The notes beneath the pieces are model-generated. The model ran no database searches, was not told the origin of the DNA, and saw nothing but the letters and a program-made list of their open reading frames with translations. From an uncultured Gammaproteobacteria bacterium (GTDB taxonomy: Bacteria; Pseudomonadota; Gammaproteobacteria; GCA-001735895): a stretch of 64,000 nucleotides of DNA. Shown here piece by piece: positions 19,477 to 31,737 of the stretch. The position numbers and the translations under genes were made by a program. The number at the start of each line of letters is the position of its first letter. Position 1 is the first letter of the stretch. The stretch is from contig CAWCBX010000007.1 of assembly GCA_963793595.1 (NCBI GenBank), positions 3,588 through 67,587 on the forward strand. The letters run 5' to 3'.

Positions 19477-20562
19477 TCAGGCAGTCAGCGTTTGTAGTAA
19501 TTTATCATGGCTGTACTCATCGGTAATGTAGGCTTCGCCGAGCGCGCGCAACAATACCAGTTTAATCTTGCCGTCGACGTTCTTTTTGTCGATCGCCATG
19601 GCGTCGAGAAATTGCTCGACGGTCATTTCCGGGGGCGGGTTTACCGGCAGTCCGGCCTGTTTCAATAAAGCGACGCCACGTTGCCTGACCTGTTCGTCGA
19701 TCGAGCCTTCTCGAATCGACAAATCAATCGCCATTACCATGCCCGCGGCGACAGCCTCGCCGTGCAACCATTTGCCATAGCCCATAGTGGTTTCGATCGC
19801 GTGACCGAATGTGTGACCCAGGTTCAGAATCGCGCGTAATCCGCCTTCGCGTTCGTCAAGTTCAACCACGCGCGCCTTGTTCTGGCAGGAAACCAGCACT
19901 GCCTGCGCGAGCAGATCCTCGTCACCTGCGAGCAGGCCATCGATGTTTATCTCCAGCCAGTCAAAAAACCCGGCGTCGCAAATCAGTCCATACTTAATGA
20001 CCTCGGCGAGTCCAGCACTTAATTCGCGCGGGGGCAGGGTGTGCAGGCTGCCGATATCGGCCACCACACACTGCGGTTGGTAAAACGCACCGATCATGTT
20101 TTTACCGAGCGGGTGGTTGACGCCGGTCTTGCCGCCGACCGACGAATCGACCTGCGATAGCAGTGTGGTCGGGATCTGGATGAAATTTACCCCGCGTTGG
20201 TAGATGCTCGCGGCAAAGCCGGCAATATCACCGATTACGCCACCGCCAAGCGCAATGATCGTACTGCGGCGATCATGGCGATTGGAGAGCAGTAAATCGA
20301 GGATGGTTTCCACCGATGCCATGGTTTTGTGTTGTTCGCCATCGGCGAGAATGACTTTGTCCTGGCGAATCTGTTTGCTATCCAGCGCCTGTTGCACGGC
20401 TTCGAGATAAAGCGGCGCAACGGTGTCATTAGACACGATCAGCGCAGACTGGCCATGGATGTGCCGGGTAATAAGCTCTGCCTGGCCGAGCAATCCGCTG
20501 CCGATGTAAATCGGATAACTGCGTTCGCCCAGATCCACGTTAAGGGTATGATTGATGTGCAT
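19477..20562 (-). CDS. aroB: 3-dehydroquinate synthase
   Basis: [26 protein letters not shown] and [11 protein letters not shown]. Confidence 0.95.
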   Translation of the reverse strand: MHINHTLNVDLGERSYPIYIGSGLLGQAELITRHIHGQSALIVSNDTVAPLYLEAVQQALDSKQIRQDKVILADGEQHKTMASVETILDLLLSNRHDRRSTIIALGGGVIGDIAGFAASIYQRGVNFIQIPTTLLSQVDSSVGGKTGVNHPLGKNMIGAFYQPQCVVADIGSLHTLPPRELSAGLAEVIKYGLICDAGFFDWLEINIDGLLAGDEDLLAQAVLVSCQNKARVVELDEREGGLRAILNLGHTFGHAIETTMGYGKWLHGEAVAAGMVMAIDLSIREGSIDEQVRQRGVALLKQAGLPVNPPPEMTVEQFLDAMAIDKKNVDGKIKLVLLRALGEAYITDEYSHDKLLQTLTA

Positions 20563-20564
20563 TC

Positions 20565-21086
20565 TTATTTGAGGTTTTCAGGTAACTGGTCGATGATATC
20601 AGCTGCGAGTCGTCGCGCCACGCGCTTGTCGGTTTTAACCGCAAGATCAGCCAGATCCAGGTAAATGGGACGACGTTCAGCCAGCAGGCTTTCGAGACGC
20701 TCGCGTGGATTCTCGGTTTGCAGTAACGGTCGCTTCTTGTCACGCCGTAGCCGGTGCATTTGCTGGTTGACTGAAGTGTCGAGGAAAATGATGTAGCCTT
20801 TTTGTTTAAGTAGTTGTCGATTTTCCTCGCGCAGTATAGAACCACCGCCAGTCGCGATAACCCGGTCGTTATCTCCCAGCAGTTCGTTAAGCGCGTTGCT
20901 TTCCCGGTCACGAAAGCCCTGCTCACCCTCAACATCAAAAATACGTGCGATATCAACCCCGGTACGTTTTTCGATGAACTGGTCGCTGTCCTGGAATTCG
21001 CGGTGCAGTCGCCGGGCAATAATGCTGCCGATAGTTGATTTGCCGGAACCCATGGGGCCGATGAGGATGATGTTACGATGGCTCAT
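20565..21086 (-). CDS. aroK: Shikimate kinase
   Basis: Walker [19 protein letters not shown] and ATGGG. It ends 2 nt upstream of the aroB start. Confidence 0.95.
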   Translation of the reverse strand: MSHRNIILIGPMGSGKSTIGSIIARRLHREFQDSDQFIEKRTGVDIARIFDVEGEQGFRDRESNALNELLGDNDRVIATGGGSILREENRQLLKQKGYIIFLDTSVNQQMHRLRRDKKRPLLQTENPRERLESLLAERRPIYLDLADLAVKTDKRVARRLAADIIDQLPENLK

Positions 21087-21106
21087 GCGGCTATGATACC
21101 CGAAAC

Positions 21107-21142
21107 AAAAAAAAGGGCAGCCACCGGGGCTGCCCTTTTTTT
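21107..21142. terminator. Bidirectional intrinsic terminator between pilQ and aroK
   Basis: A8-GGGCAGCC-ACCGG-GGCTGCCC-T7: an 8-bp GC stem flanked by an A-run and a T-run. Confidence 0.8.
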
Positions 21143-21158
21143 GGTTGTAATATCGTGA

Positions 21159-23285
21159 TTAACGGATATCGAGGCTCGAACCCTGCAGGATTTTCGGAGT
21201 TACAAAAATCAGCAGTTCGGTGCGGTCATCGACATCTCGGCTCGATTTGAAGAGATTACCGAGTACCGGTATGTCGCTGAAAAATGGGACCCGTGTAACC
21301 TGGGTGGCTTTGGTGGTTTCATAAATACCACCGAGTACCACGGTCTGACCGTTGTCGACCAGTAACTGCGACTGAACTTCGCGGGTGTCGATACTCGGCG
21401 CGGACAGTCCGGCACCAAATGATACCGTTTCACCCACATTATCCTTGTGTACGTCGAGATCCATAATGACACGGTCGTCAGGTGTAATCTGTGGCGTAAC
21501 CTCGAGTGACAGCACCGCCTTTCTAAACTTCAGGGTCGCGTCGCCATCATCGAGTTCAAGGTAGGGGATTTCGACACCTTGTTCGATTCTTGCGGTATGT
21601 GAATCGGCGGTGATTACGCGCGGACTGGAGACCACTTCACCACGGCCTTCGATCTGTGCCGCCGAAAGTTCCAGTTCGAGCAGGGTGCCGAGGGGTAGCT
21701 TGGCCAGGGCCAGGGCGAAACTACCGGCCGGGTTCTGCACCGGCAGGTTTACGGCAAGGCTATCCAGCGCGTTGAAAGCATTGTTGTTGATCGCACTGTT
21801 GACCCCTTCCAGGGAACCCGTGGCAACGGCGCCTCCACCTGAGGTACTGTCACCAAAACTGTCATTGCTGACACCAAAGCGTACGCCCAGTTCCTTACTG
21901 AAATCGTCATTGGCTATGACCACGCGGGATTCGATCAATACCTGGCGTACCGCAATATCCAGCTCGGCAAGCAGGGTGCGAACGTTAGCGAGACTGGAGT
22001 TGATATCCTTGACCAGCAGGGTATTGGTGCGTTCATCAACGCTTACCGAGCCACGTGGTGACAGGATCGCATTATCTGTCAGTTTCAGCAGATCGGCCAA
22101 ATCGGCCGCCTTGGCATAGTTAACCTTTATATACTCGGTACGCAGACGTTCGAGTTCTTCTACCTGCGCGCGGGCCTCGAGTTCGAGTTTCTCACGCGCA
22201 GCAATTTCATCGGTAGGTGCGATCAGAATTACATTACCGGCCTTGCGCTGATCCAGGCCCTTGGTTTTCAGAATGATATCCATCGCCTGATCCCAGGGGA
22301 CATTTTTCAAGCGTAAGGTCAGGTTACCCTCAACTGAATCCGAGACCACCAGGTTGAGACCGGTGAAGTCAGCGAGCAGCTGCAACACCGAACGTACTTC
22401 GATATCCTGGAAATTAAGCGACAGGCGTTCCCCGGTGAAGCCGAATTTCGCCTTCTTTTTCTTTTCCTCTTCTTCCTTGGAAATAGGTGCAACCTCGACC
22501 GTGTAAACCCGGTCTGTCTGGTAGGCGAGGTGTTCGAAATCACCATTCGAACTAATAGTCATGTGAATATTGGCGCCATCCTGGATCGAGTCAATGAAAT
22601 TGATCGGAGTCGCAAAGTCGCTGACATCCATACGCCGTTGCAGTTCGTCGGGTAACTTTGAACCAATCATTTCGAGGTGGACAACATTATTTTCACGCCA
22701 GACGTCGGTACTGATAGAAGTAGTGGTGAGGTCAATAATTACGCGGCCTTCACCATTTGGGCCACGCTTGAAATCAATGCTGGTAACACCCTTGGAAACA
22801 GCTGACACCGTGGGTGATGATTCAGTCAGGCTCTCAGTCGTGGCGCCGGCAGTTGTTTCTGCGGCAGCTGCAATAGTCTGTCCACCGCCGGCCAGGGTAA
22901 TAGTTACCTGGTTACCGCTGACGTTGGTGGTGTAATTGGCTTTCTGCGAAAGATTGAGTACCACCCGGGTGCGGTTTTTTGAAGCCGCTGAAACAATGCT
23001 TTGCATCGCACCGATGCCGACCTGCATGCTGCGTTGCTCAAGCTTGTTTTCGGTGTCGCCAAAATCAAGAGCGATGCGTGCGGGCTCATCGATAGTAAAT
23101 GTTCGCGGTGCAACCGCGGTTTCGTCGAAAGTAAACACGACCTGTACCGTATTTCCGGTCATTACCGAATAATCGAGACCGATCAGGGCTCGCGCCGAAA
23201 CGTCGCCGAAAGCGAGCAGGCATATTCCCGCCAGAGAGGTTTTAAGTAACCGGGTTATTTTCATTTTATTACCAACACTGTTCAT
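21159..23285 (-). CDS. pilQ: Type IV pilus secretin
   Basis: Signal peptide, AMIN-like N-terminal repeats, and the C-terminal secretin domain (VPFFSDIPVLGNLFK...ELLIFVTPKI). Confidence 0.93.
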   Translation of the reverse strand: MNSVGNKMKITRLLKTSLAGICLLAFGDVSARALIGLDYSVMTGNTVQVVFTFDETAVAPRTFTIDEPARIALDFGDTENKLEQRSMQVGIGAMQSIVSAASKNRTRVVLNLSQKANYTTNVSGNQVTITLAGGGQTIAAAAETTAGATTESLTESSPTVSAVSKGVTSIDFKRGPNGEGRVIIDLTTTSISTDVWRENNVVHLEMIGSKLPDELQRRMDVSDFATPINFIDSIQDGANIHMTISSNGDFEHLAYQTDRVYTVEVAPISKEEEEKKKKAKFGFTGERLSLNFQDIEVRSVLQLLADFTGLNLVVSDSVEGNLTLRLKNVPWDQAMDIILKTKGLDQRKAGNVILIAPTDEIAAREKLELEARAQVEELERLRTEYIKVNYAKAADLADLLKLTDNAILSPRGSVSVDERTNTLLVKDINSSLANVRTLLAELDIAVRQVLIESRVVIANDDFSKELGVRFGVSNDSFGDSTSGGGAVATGSLEGVNSAINNNAFNALDSLAVNLPVQNPAGSFALALAKLPLGTLLELELSAAQIEGRGEVVSSPRVITADSHTARIEQGVEIPYLELDDGDATLKFRKAVLSLEVTPQITPDDRVIMDLDVHKDNVGETVSFGAGLSAPSIDTREVQSQLLVDNGQTVVLGGIYETTKATQVTRVPFFSDIPVLGNLFKSSRDVDDRTELLIFVTPKILQGSSLDIR

Positions 23286-23300
23286 GGGTGTTTCCTCTCG

Positions 23301-23849
23301 TTACTCGATTAGCGCGACAGCTGACGAGCGTTCGATATAATTTCCGAGTCCGTCTGGGACAATTTCAGTCAATTCAATGTTCTGGTCAGATACCGAGATA
23401 ATCCGGCCATGGTTCTGGCCCAGGTAGTTACCCTCGATAACTCGATGTATGGTGTTGTCGGGAGCGAATATCAGCCCCCATTTGACGCCATCTTTATCAT
23501 CAATGGTTCCCTTCAGGCGCAGCGTATCCAGCGGGAAGTCCTCCAGTGGTTCTTTCACCCGGTCAATATCGGGTCGAAGCCCGCTGCCGAGCGCGGCAAT
23601 TTCTTCCGGGTTCTCCTCGGGACGTCTGAAATCAACCAGCTTGAACGGATCGCGTAAATCGTGCGAGGTATACTCGAAGTTCTGATAAGGCTGGAACTCG
23701 GGTATGGGTTCGATGCGCCCTGGTGGTTTGGCTCTGATTTGCGTAACAAAATTTTGCAGGTCTCCGAGGCCCTCACCGCAACCTGTGAGGAGGACGGCAA
23801 ACGTGCCCAGCAGTGCGAATTTCAGCAGAGACTTTAACTTTCCTGTCAT
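23301..23849 (-). CDS. pilP: Type IV pilus assembly lipoprotein
   Basis: Lipobox LLTGC. Its position between pilO and pilQ fits, and it shares an ATGA overlap with pilO. Confidence 0.85.
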   Translation of the reverse strand: MTGKLKSLLKFALLGTFAVLLTGCGEGLGDLQNFVTQIRAKPPGRIEPIPEFQPYQNFEYTSHDLRDPFKLVDFRRPEENPEEIAALGSGLRPDIDRVKEPLEDFPLDTLRLKGTIDDKDGVKWGLIFAPDNTIHRVIEGNYLGQNHGRIISVSDQNIELTEIVPDGLGNYIERSSAVALIE

Positions 23850-24454
23850 TGCTCATCCTCCTGGAGGTAGCGATAGGTCTTCGCCGTGGCCGACATGTTT
23901 AGTTTGCCGGAGGTGCTGACATCTTCCTTCTTGTCGAAGGGTTCCAGTTTCATATCGCTGATGGTAACGATTCGCGGTAGCGCCGCGATGCCACTGATAA
24001 AGGTCGCCAGCTGGTGGTAGGAGCCGGAGACTTCGAGCGAAATCGGCAACTCTGCGTAGAAGCCCTTTTTCTCTTCTGCGCTGGGTTTGAATTTTTTGAC
24101 CTCGAGTCCTGCGGCGAGGCCAGTTTGCGATACGTCGACGAGCAACGATTCGACCTCGGTGGTCTCAGGTAACTGGCGCAGCAACGCGCCGAAGGACGCT
24201 TCCATTTCCGCGAGCTGCTCCTTGTAGAGTTCAAGTTTGGCAGCCTGTTCAGCTTTCACCTTGAATTCTTCCTTGAGCTCGAATTCTTTCCTTTCATGCC
24301 TTTCCAGGACCTTGAGCTGATCCTGGGTATCGAAGTAAATGCCTGCAGCAATGATTATCACAAACAGGGTGATGAACACGCCTAGTTTGATTCCCATCGG
24401 CGCGGTGCCGATATTGTCGGGTTCAAGATGGTGCTGGATGTCGTCCCAATTCAT
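23846..24454 (-). CDS. pilO: Type IV pilus assembly protein
   Basis: Single TM helix plus coiled coil plus a PilO-like C-terminus. Operon position fits. Confidence 0.85.
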   Translation of the reverse strand: MNWDDIQHHLEPDNIGTAPMGIKLGVFITLFVIIIAAGIYFDTQDQLKVLERHERKEFELKEEFKVKAEQAAKLELYKEQLAEMEASFGALLRQLPETTEVESLLVDVSQTGLAAGLEVKKFKPSAEEKKGFYAELPISLEVSGSYHQLATFISGIAALPRIVTISDMKLEPFDKKEDVSTSGKLNMSATAKTYRYLQEDEQ

Positions 24455-25041
24455 TATTTCAGACCTCCATCAGCATTTTCTTCCTCGGTAGCGTTGGGAG
24501 AGGTTTGTTTCACCGTCAGGGTGAAGGTACTGATACGATTAACCGTTTTGTCTTCAATTTCTATGACCGTCAGGTTCGGGTCCTTGAGCCACTCCGAGGC
24601 GGACAAGTTACGCATATAAGTAGATACCCGGGCATTTGATTCGGCTTCACCGTTAATCAACAGGTTACCGCCAGTCTGGGCGAGCGACTCGAGATAGACT
24701 CCATTGGGTACTGTTGACACGATTTCGGTAAACAGGTGTACGATAGATGGGCGACTACCCTGCAAATCCTGGATTACTTCCATGCGCTCGATCAGGCTGC
24801 GGCGCACTTTTTGCAGTTCGCTGATTTCCTTGATTTCTTCATCGAGTTTTGCGATCTCGTTGCTGACAAATTGGTTACGCGACAATTGATAGTCAATTTT
24901 CGACTGCATTTGAAAATGAATCAGTCCCACGATGGCCGCAGCCAGCACACAGGTCATGACCGACATCAACACGAATTGCTTTTTCTGCTCCTGGCGCAGT
25001 TCTTCACGCCAGGGGAGTAGGTTGATCTGGGTTATAGTCAT
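24454..25041 (-). CDS. pilN: Type IV pilus assembly protein
   Basis: N-terminal INLLPWRE motif followed by a TM helix. It overlaps both pilM and pilO. Confidence 0.87.
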   Translation of the reverse strand: MTITQINLLPWREELRQEQKKQFVLMSVMTCVLAAAIVGLIHFQMQSKIDYQLSRNQFVSNEIAKLDEEIKEISELQKVRRSLIERMEVIQDLQGSRPSIVHLFTEIVSTVPNGVYLESLAQTGGNLLINGEAESNARVSTYMRNLSASEWLKDPNLTVIEIEDKTVNRISTFTLTVKQTSPNATEEENADGGLK

Positions 25042-26105
25042 GAGTATTCAGCTCCTCGGATGGCTAGTCCCGCAGCTATCAGGAAGGAGGGTGCATCGGC
25101 TTCCAGGTTGGCCTTGTTGACGCGGCTTGAAGAAGACATATCGGCAAACGGGTTCGCTATTGTGGTTGGAACCCCGATATGAGATTCGGTCAATTCGGCC
25201 AGATTTGGCAGTGATGCGGTGCCACCGGCAAGCACCAGGTGATCGATGTCACCAATCGGGCCTCCCGCCGAGTAGAAGAACTGCAAAAAGCGGCTAACTT
25301 GCTGCGCCGTGGTTTCCTTGAATGGTTCAAGTACCTCGGGTTCGTAGTTATCGGGTAATCCGCCCTGGCGTTTAGCCAGACCGGCTTCTTCATAAGAAAG
25401 CCCGTAGCGACGCATTATTTCTTCGGTTAATTGCTTACCGCCAAAATTTTGTTCGCGCGTGTAGACCAGATGATGATTGTGGATGACGCTCAGGCTGGTC
25501 ATGGTCGCACCGATATCGACGATTGCGATGGTCTTGTCCATACCTTCATCGGGCATTTGCGACGCCATCACCGAGAAAACGGTTTCTACTGTGTAGGCTT
25601 CGATATCTACGATCTTGGGGGTCAGTCCGGCTAGCTCGACAGCGGCGACCCGGTCATCGACGTTTTCGCTGCGACAGGCGGCCAGCAGTACATCAACCGT
25701 TTCGGGATTGGATTCGGTTTCACCCATGACGTGGAAGTCGAGATTGACCTCTTCAAGGGGATAGGGGATATATTGATCGGCTTCAAGCTGGATCTGCCCT
25801 TCCATCTCGTCTTCGGAAAGACTGGCGGGCATGGTGATTTTTTTGGTAATCACCGATGAGCCTGATACGGCAATGGCGCAATTTTTTGTTTTTATTTTTG
25901 ACTTGGCGAGCGCACGCTTTACACTCTCGCCTACGGATTCGACTTCGGCGATGTTTTTTTCGACTACTGCGTTTGCAGGTAAGGGTTCAACGCCGATACC
26001 TTCGATGCGATAACTCGAGCCGGTCTTGCTTAGTTCCATCAACTTCACCGATGTTGAACTGATGTCTAGTCCAATAAGCGGCGGTTTTTTACGCGATAAA
26101 AACAC
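25038..26105 (-). CDS. pilM: Type IV pilus assembly ATPase-like protein (actin fold)
   Basis: IGLDISSTSVKLMEL and DIGATMT, an FtsA/actin-like fold. It is divergent from ponA. Confidence 0.92.
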   Translation of the reverse strand: MFLSRKKPPLIGLDISSTSVKLMELSKTGSSYRIEGIGVEPLPANAVVEKNIAEVESVGESVKRALAKSKIKTKNCAIAVSGSSVITKKITMPASLSEDEMEGQIQLEADQYIPYPLEEVNLDFHVMGETESNPETVDVLLAACRSENVDDRVAAVELAGLTPKIVDIEAYTVETVFSVMASQMPDEGMDKTIAIVDIGATMTSLSVIHNHHLVYTREQNFGGKQLTEEIMRRYGLSYEEAGLAKRQGGLPDNYEPEVLEPFKETTAQQVSRFLQFFYSAGGPIGDIDHLVLAGGTASLPNLAELTESHIGVPTTIANPFADMSSSSRVNKANLEADAPSFLIAAGLAIRGAEYS

Positions 26106-26283
26106 CGGTATCCCTCGTCATGTGCCTGTGTGATACTCAATCTTAAATGATAAATTACATTAAGATTTCGTTGTAAGTATATAAAATGTTAAATTATTCT
26201 AATGGTTACAAAAAGAGTCTAGTGCAAGATTTGATACTTGTCGATACTTTTCATGTAAGCGGTTATGTATATAGCCTAACTTA

Positions 26284-28923
26284 ATGAAAAAGCTACTAAA
26301 AATTGTATCCTGGTTGTTTGCAACCGGTTTTATGCTGCTGATTGCTGTGGTGCTATACATATACGTTGTTATGGTGCCGGGCTTGCCTTCGATTGAGCAT
26401 CTGGAAGACACCCAGTACCAGGTACCGCTGCGCATTTACGACAGGAACGAAATACTGCTTGCCGAGTTCGGTGAACACCGTCGAATTCCGGTCGCTTTCG
26501 ACAAGATACCTCGTCACCTCATCGATGCCGTGGTTTCGGTTGAGGACGACCAGTTCTGGAATCACTACGGGGTTGATTTTTATGCATTGATGGCAGCCGT
26601 TTACGAGGTCGCGACTACCGGGCGCAAGACCCGCGGTGGCAGCACTATTACCATGCAGGTCGCGCGCAACTTTTTCCTCAGCCCGGAGCAGACCTACGCC
26701 CGTAAGTTCAATGAAATTTTGCTCGCGCTGAAGATAGAAACCGAGTTGAGCAAGGAAAAGATCATTGAGCTCTACCTGAACAAGATTTTCCTTGGACACC
26801 GCGCCTATGGTGTTAGCGCGGCTTCGCAGGTTTACTACGATAAGAAGCTTGGGGATTTGACGCTGGCACAGTCGGCAATGATTGCCGGACTGCCGAAAGC
26901 GCCTTCCAAGTACAATCCTATTTCCAATCCCGAAAGGGCGCTTATCCGCCGCAACTATATACTCGGTCGCATGCGCATTCTTAAATATATCGATGAGGAC
27001 GAGTTTGAGCAGGCGCTGAACGAACCGATTACCGCCGAGTTGCATAGAAAACGAACCATTGCCGATGCGCAGTACGTGTCGGAACTGGTGCGCGCGCAAT
27101 TGTTCGAGCAGTATGGCGAGGAAGTTTACAAGGCGGGTCTCAGGGTTTACACGAGTATCGACGGCGAGCTACAGGCAGTCGCCAACCAGGCGGTGCGGAA
27201 AAATTTGCTCGATTACACCCGTCGCCATGGTTACCGCGGAGTTATCGGCAAGATCGATTTAAGCGAAATCAATGAAGATCCGTTTGACGGGGATCTGGTA
27301 ACCGATCAGCGAGTTGGTGGTTTGCGTAAAGGCGTCGTAATCTCGGTCAACGAAGCGGTGGCGGTAGAAGATGACGCTAACGAAGCCTCGACTGCGAGCG
27401 CAACCCTGTTGATTTCAAACTACGAGCAAATCGAAGTGCTGTTTGAAGAGGGTATCGATTGGGCGGCAAAATTTATCGATGTTGACAATAAAGGCCCTAA
27501 ACCAAAATTCGTAGCCGATGTACTGGCGGTGGGTGACGTGGTATGGCTGGAGAATCGGGACGGGCAGTGGTTGTTGGCTGATGTGCCGCGCGTCGAGGGG
27601 GCACTGGTGTCGATCGATCCATCAGACGGCGGCATCAGGGCGATGGTGGGCGGCTTCGATTATTTCAAGAACAAGTTCAACCGGGCCACCCAGGCGCGTC
27701 GACAACCGGGTTCGAATTTCAAGCCTTTCATCTATTCCGCCGCCCTGGAAAAAGGATTTACAGCGGCCACTATTATTAATGATGCCCCGGTGGTGTTCGA
27801 TGACGATTCGCTCGAAGCAACCTGGCGTCCGGAAAATTATTCAGGGAAATTCTATGGACCTACGCGAATGCGTGAGGCCCTGGTCAAATCGCGTAACCTG
27901 GTTTCAATTCGAATATTGCAGGCGATCGGCTTGCGCTACGCCATCAACTACGTCCAGCGCTTTGGTTTCGAACGTGATCAGATGCCCTACGATTTATCGC
28001 TTGCGCTTGGTAGCGCCTCCTTCTCGCCGTTGCAAATGGCACGCGCTTATGCGGTTTTTTCCAATGGTGGCTATTTAATCGAGCCATACATTATTAACAG
28101 GGTGGAGTCAGGTACTGGCGAAGTGATTTTTCAGAGTAACCCACAGACCGTGTGCCAGGACTGTGAAACTGAAAACCTGGATGAACTGGCGGCGGCCGAA
28201 GCCACCGCGGAAGCGCAACAGGAAGCCGAGCAGCAGGCTGAGTCCGAGGCCAACGCACAACAGGAAGCCGAGCAGCAGGCTGAGGTAGTTGTTCTTAGTG
28301 AGGAAGAACAGCTCGAGACCATCGAGCTGAATGTACTCGATGACGAAGCAGTTGATGTCGGCGAAGCTACCGGCGCTATCGAAGCCGACGTCGTGCCGCG
28401 ATATGCACCTCGCGTTATTTCGGCGCAGAACGCCTTTATCATGCGTTCGATGATGCGTGAAGTGGTGCAACGTGGCACCGCGGTGCGGGCCAAGGCGCTG
28501 GGGCGAAAGGACATCGCTGGCAAAACCGGTACGACCAATGATCAAATCGATGCCTGGTTCAGCGGCTACAATGACCAGGTGGTGACTACCAGTTGGGTGG
28601 GATATGATAATCAGCGCCACATGGGTAATCGTGAAACCGGGGGCAGGGCAGCGCTGCCCATGTGGATTGAATTCATGCGCAAAGCGCTCGAGGGCCGCCC
28701 GGAGAATCTGCAGGAACAACCCGGGGGCCTGGTAACCATTCGCATCGATGCCGAAACCGGTAAACGTGCAGATCTCAATACCCGGAATAGTTTGTTTGAA
28801 TTATTTCGGGTCGAAAACGCTCCGCGAGAGGTGGCGGTGGTTAAATCCACTACCAATGACTCAGGTGGAGTCACAATTAATGTCCCCGAGACAGAAGACG
28901 AAATCGTCGACGACATTTTTTAA
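26284..28923 (+). CDS. mrcA: Penicillin-binding protein 1A (bifunctional glycosyltransferase/transpeptidase)
   Basis: GT51 motifs EDDQFWNHYGVD, GGSTITMQ and RKFNE. Transpeptidase motifs SNFKP (SxxK), SRN and KTGTT. Confidence 0.95.
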   Translation: MKKLLKIVSWLFATGFMLLIAVVLYIYVVMVPGLPSIEHLEDTQYQVPLRIYDRNEILLAEFGEHRRIPVAFDKIPRHLIDAVVSVEDDQFWNHYGVDFYALMAAVYEVATTGRKTRGGSTITMQVARNFFLSPEQTYARKFNEILLALKIETELSKEKIIELYLNKIFLGHRAYGVSAASQVYYDKKLGDLTLAQSAMIAGLPKAPSKYNPISNPERALIRRNYILGRMRILKYIDEDEFEQALNEPITAELHRKRTIADAQYVSELVRAQLFEQYGEEVYKAGLRVYTSIDGELQAVANQAVRKNLLDYTRRHGYRGVIGKIDLSEINEDPFDGDLVTDQRVGGLRKGVVISVNEAVAVEDDANEASTASATLLISNYEQIEVLFEEGIDWAAKFIDVDNKGPKPKFVADVLAVGDVVWLENRDGQWLLADVPRVEGALVSIDPSDGGIRAMVGGFDYFKNKFNRATQARRQPGSNFKPFIYSAALEKGFTAATIINDAPVVFDDDSLEATWRPENYSGKFYGPTRMREALVKSRNLVSIRILQAIGLRYAINYVQRFGFERDQMPYDLSLALGSASFSPLQMARAYAVFSNGGYLIEPYIINRVESGTGEVIFQSNPQTVCQDCETENLDELAAAEATAEAQQEAEQQAESEANAQQEAEQQAEVVVLSEEEQLETIELNVLDDEAVDVGEATGAIEADVVPRYAPRVISAQNAFIMRSMMREVVQRGTAVRAKALGRKDIAGKTGTTNDQIDAWFSGYNDQVVTTSWVGYDNQRHMGNRETGGRAALPMWIEFMRKALEGRPENLQEQPGGLVTIRIDAETGKRADLNTRNSLFELFRVENAPREVAVVKSTTNDSGGVTINVPETEDEIVDDIF

Positions 28924-29247
28924 CCTGTTTGCACTTGTTGTTTTTTCCTTGAGCAAGACTTAAATCGTACTCACGTTAAAGACTTTCTCCTTCAGGGGGC
29001 AGAGCAGATTTTTCTGTAACAGCGGAGTAGAAAGGGACCGGTGCGCAAACGGTAGAAAGAATCTCCTGGTGTGAATGGCGGATCAGGTTCTCAGACCTGG
29101 AATCCAAGTTCAAGGTATGGCGATAGACGTGGGGTGTCACGGTTTCGCCCTACAGTGGGTGGCTACCCCCGAGGTAGCCGAAAGCACGCTAGTGAACCCG
29201 CCGTCAGTTGCCTATTTCGGAGGGTAGTGTGTGGAAGCGAGGGTGCG

Positions 29248-30317
29248 TTATTTGCGGATGTCGAAACCGAATTCGTGTACGGCGTCGATTAATGCGCCGA
29301 GGTGGTCCGGGTTGATCGCCGGATGGATGCCGTGACCGAGGTTGAAAACGTGTCCGGGGTGGTTGCCGAAGCGGGTGATGATTTCGCGCGCTTTTGCGCG
29401 GATAGAATCGGGGTTCGCATACAGTACGCAGGGGTCGAGGTTGCCCTGCAGGGCTACCCGGTCGCCGACCCGTGTGCGTGCCGCGTCGATATCGATGGTC
29501 CAGTCGAGTCCCAGCGCATCACAACCCGTGTCGGCCATCTCTTCCAGCCACTGCGCTCCACCCTTGGTGAACAATGTCACCGGGATCTTCTGGCCTTCGT
29601 GTTCCCGTTTCAGGCCGGCAACAATCTGTTGCATGTAATTGAGCGAAAAATCACGGTAGGTTTGTGGTGTAAGCACGCCCCCCCAGGTATCGAATATCAT
29701 GACGGCTTGCGCACCGGCCTCGATTTGCGCATTCAGGTAATCAGTTACTGCCTGCGTCAGGGTATTCAGCAACTGATGCAGTGCGGCCGGGTTTTCGTAC
29801 ATCATACCTTTTATATAACGATACTCTTTGGAGCTACCGCCTTCGACCATGTAAGTCGACAGGGTCCACGGGCTGCCGCTAAATCCGATCAGCGGTACCT
29901 TGCCGTCCAGCTCCTGCCGCACCAGGCTGACCGCATCGGTAACGTAGCGCAGGCCCTCGGCTGGATCGGGGACTCCCAGGCGGCTGATATCGGCCGCGTT
30001 ACGCAGCGGGCGTTCAAACTTGGGGCCCTCGCCTTCGACGAAGTAGAGGCCGAGTCCCATTGCATCCGGAATGGTGAGAATGTCGGAGAACAGAATCGCG
30101 GCGTCAAGCGCGAAGCGCCGTAAGGGTTGCAACGTCACCTCACAGGCGAGTTCCCTGTTTTTGCACAGATCGAGAAAGCTCCCGGCCTGCTTGCGGGTAG
30201 CGCGGTACTCGGGCAGATAACGGCCGGCCTGGCGCATGATCCAGACCGGCGTGGTATCGGTTGGTTGGCGCAACAGGGCCTTGATCAGGCGATCGTTTTT
30301 CAGTAGGGGTAATGCCA

Positions 30318-30318
<1 letters not shown>
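29248..30318 (-). CDS. hemE: Uroporphyrinogen decarboxylase
   Basis: [15 protein letters not shown] and FDTWGG. Its start shares one nucleotide with the gltD stop (TGATG). Confidence 0.96.
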
Positions 30319-31733
<1,415 letters not shown>

Positions 31734-31737
31734 TTAA

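Noticed and set aside
29030-29052. A cobalamin-riboswitch-like stretch, GAAAGGGACCGGTGCGCAAACGG.
   Set aside because: The remaining conserved parts are missing: CCCCGCAACTGT, GCCACTG...GGGAAGG and the B12 box. No regulated gene follows on either strand.
29081-29094. A THI-box-like CTGAGA immediately followed by ACCTGATC on the minus strand of the ponA/hemE spacer.
   Set aside because: The two elements are contiguous rather than separated by the P2/P3 segment. No GGGGTGC-type 5' element is present, and there is no downstream gene to regulate.
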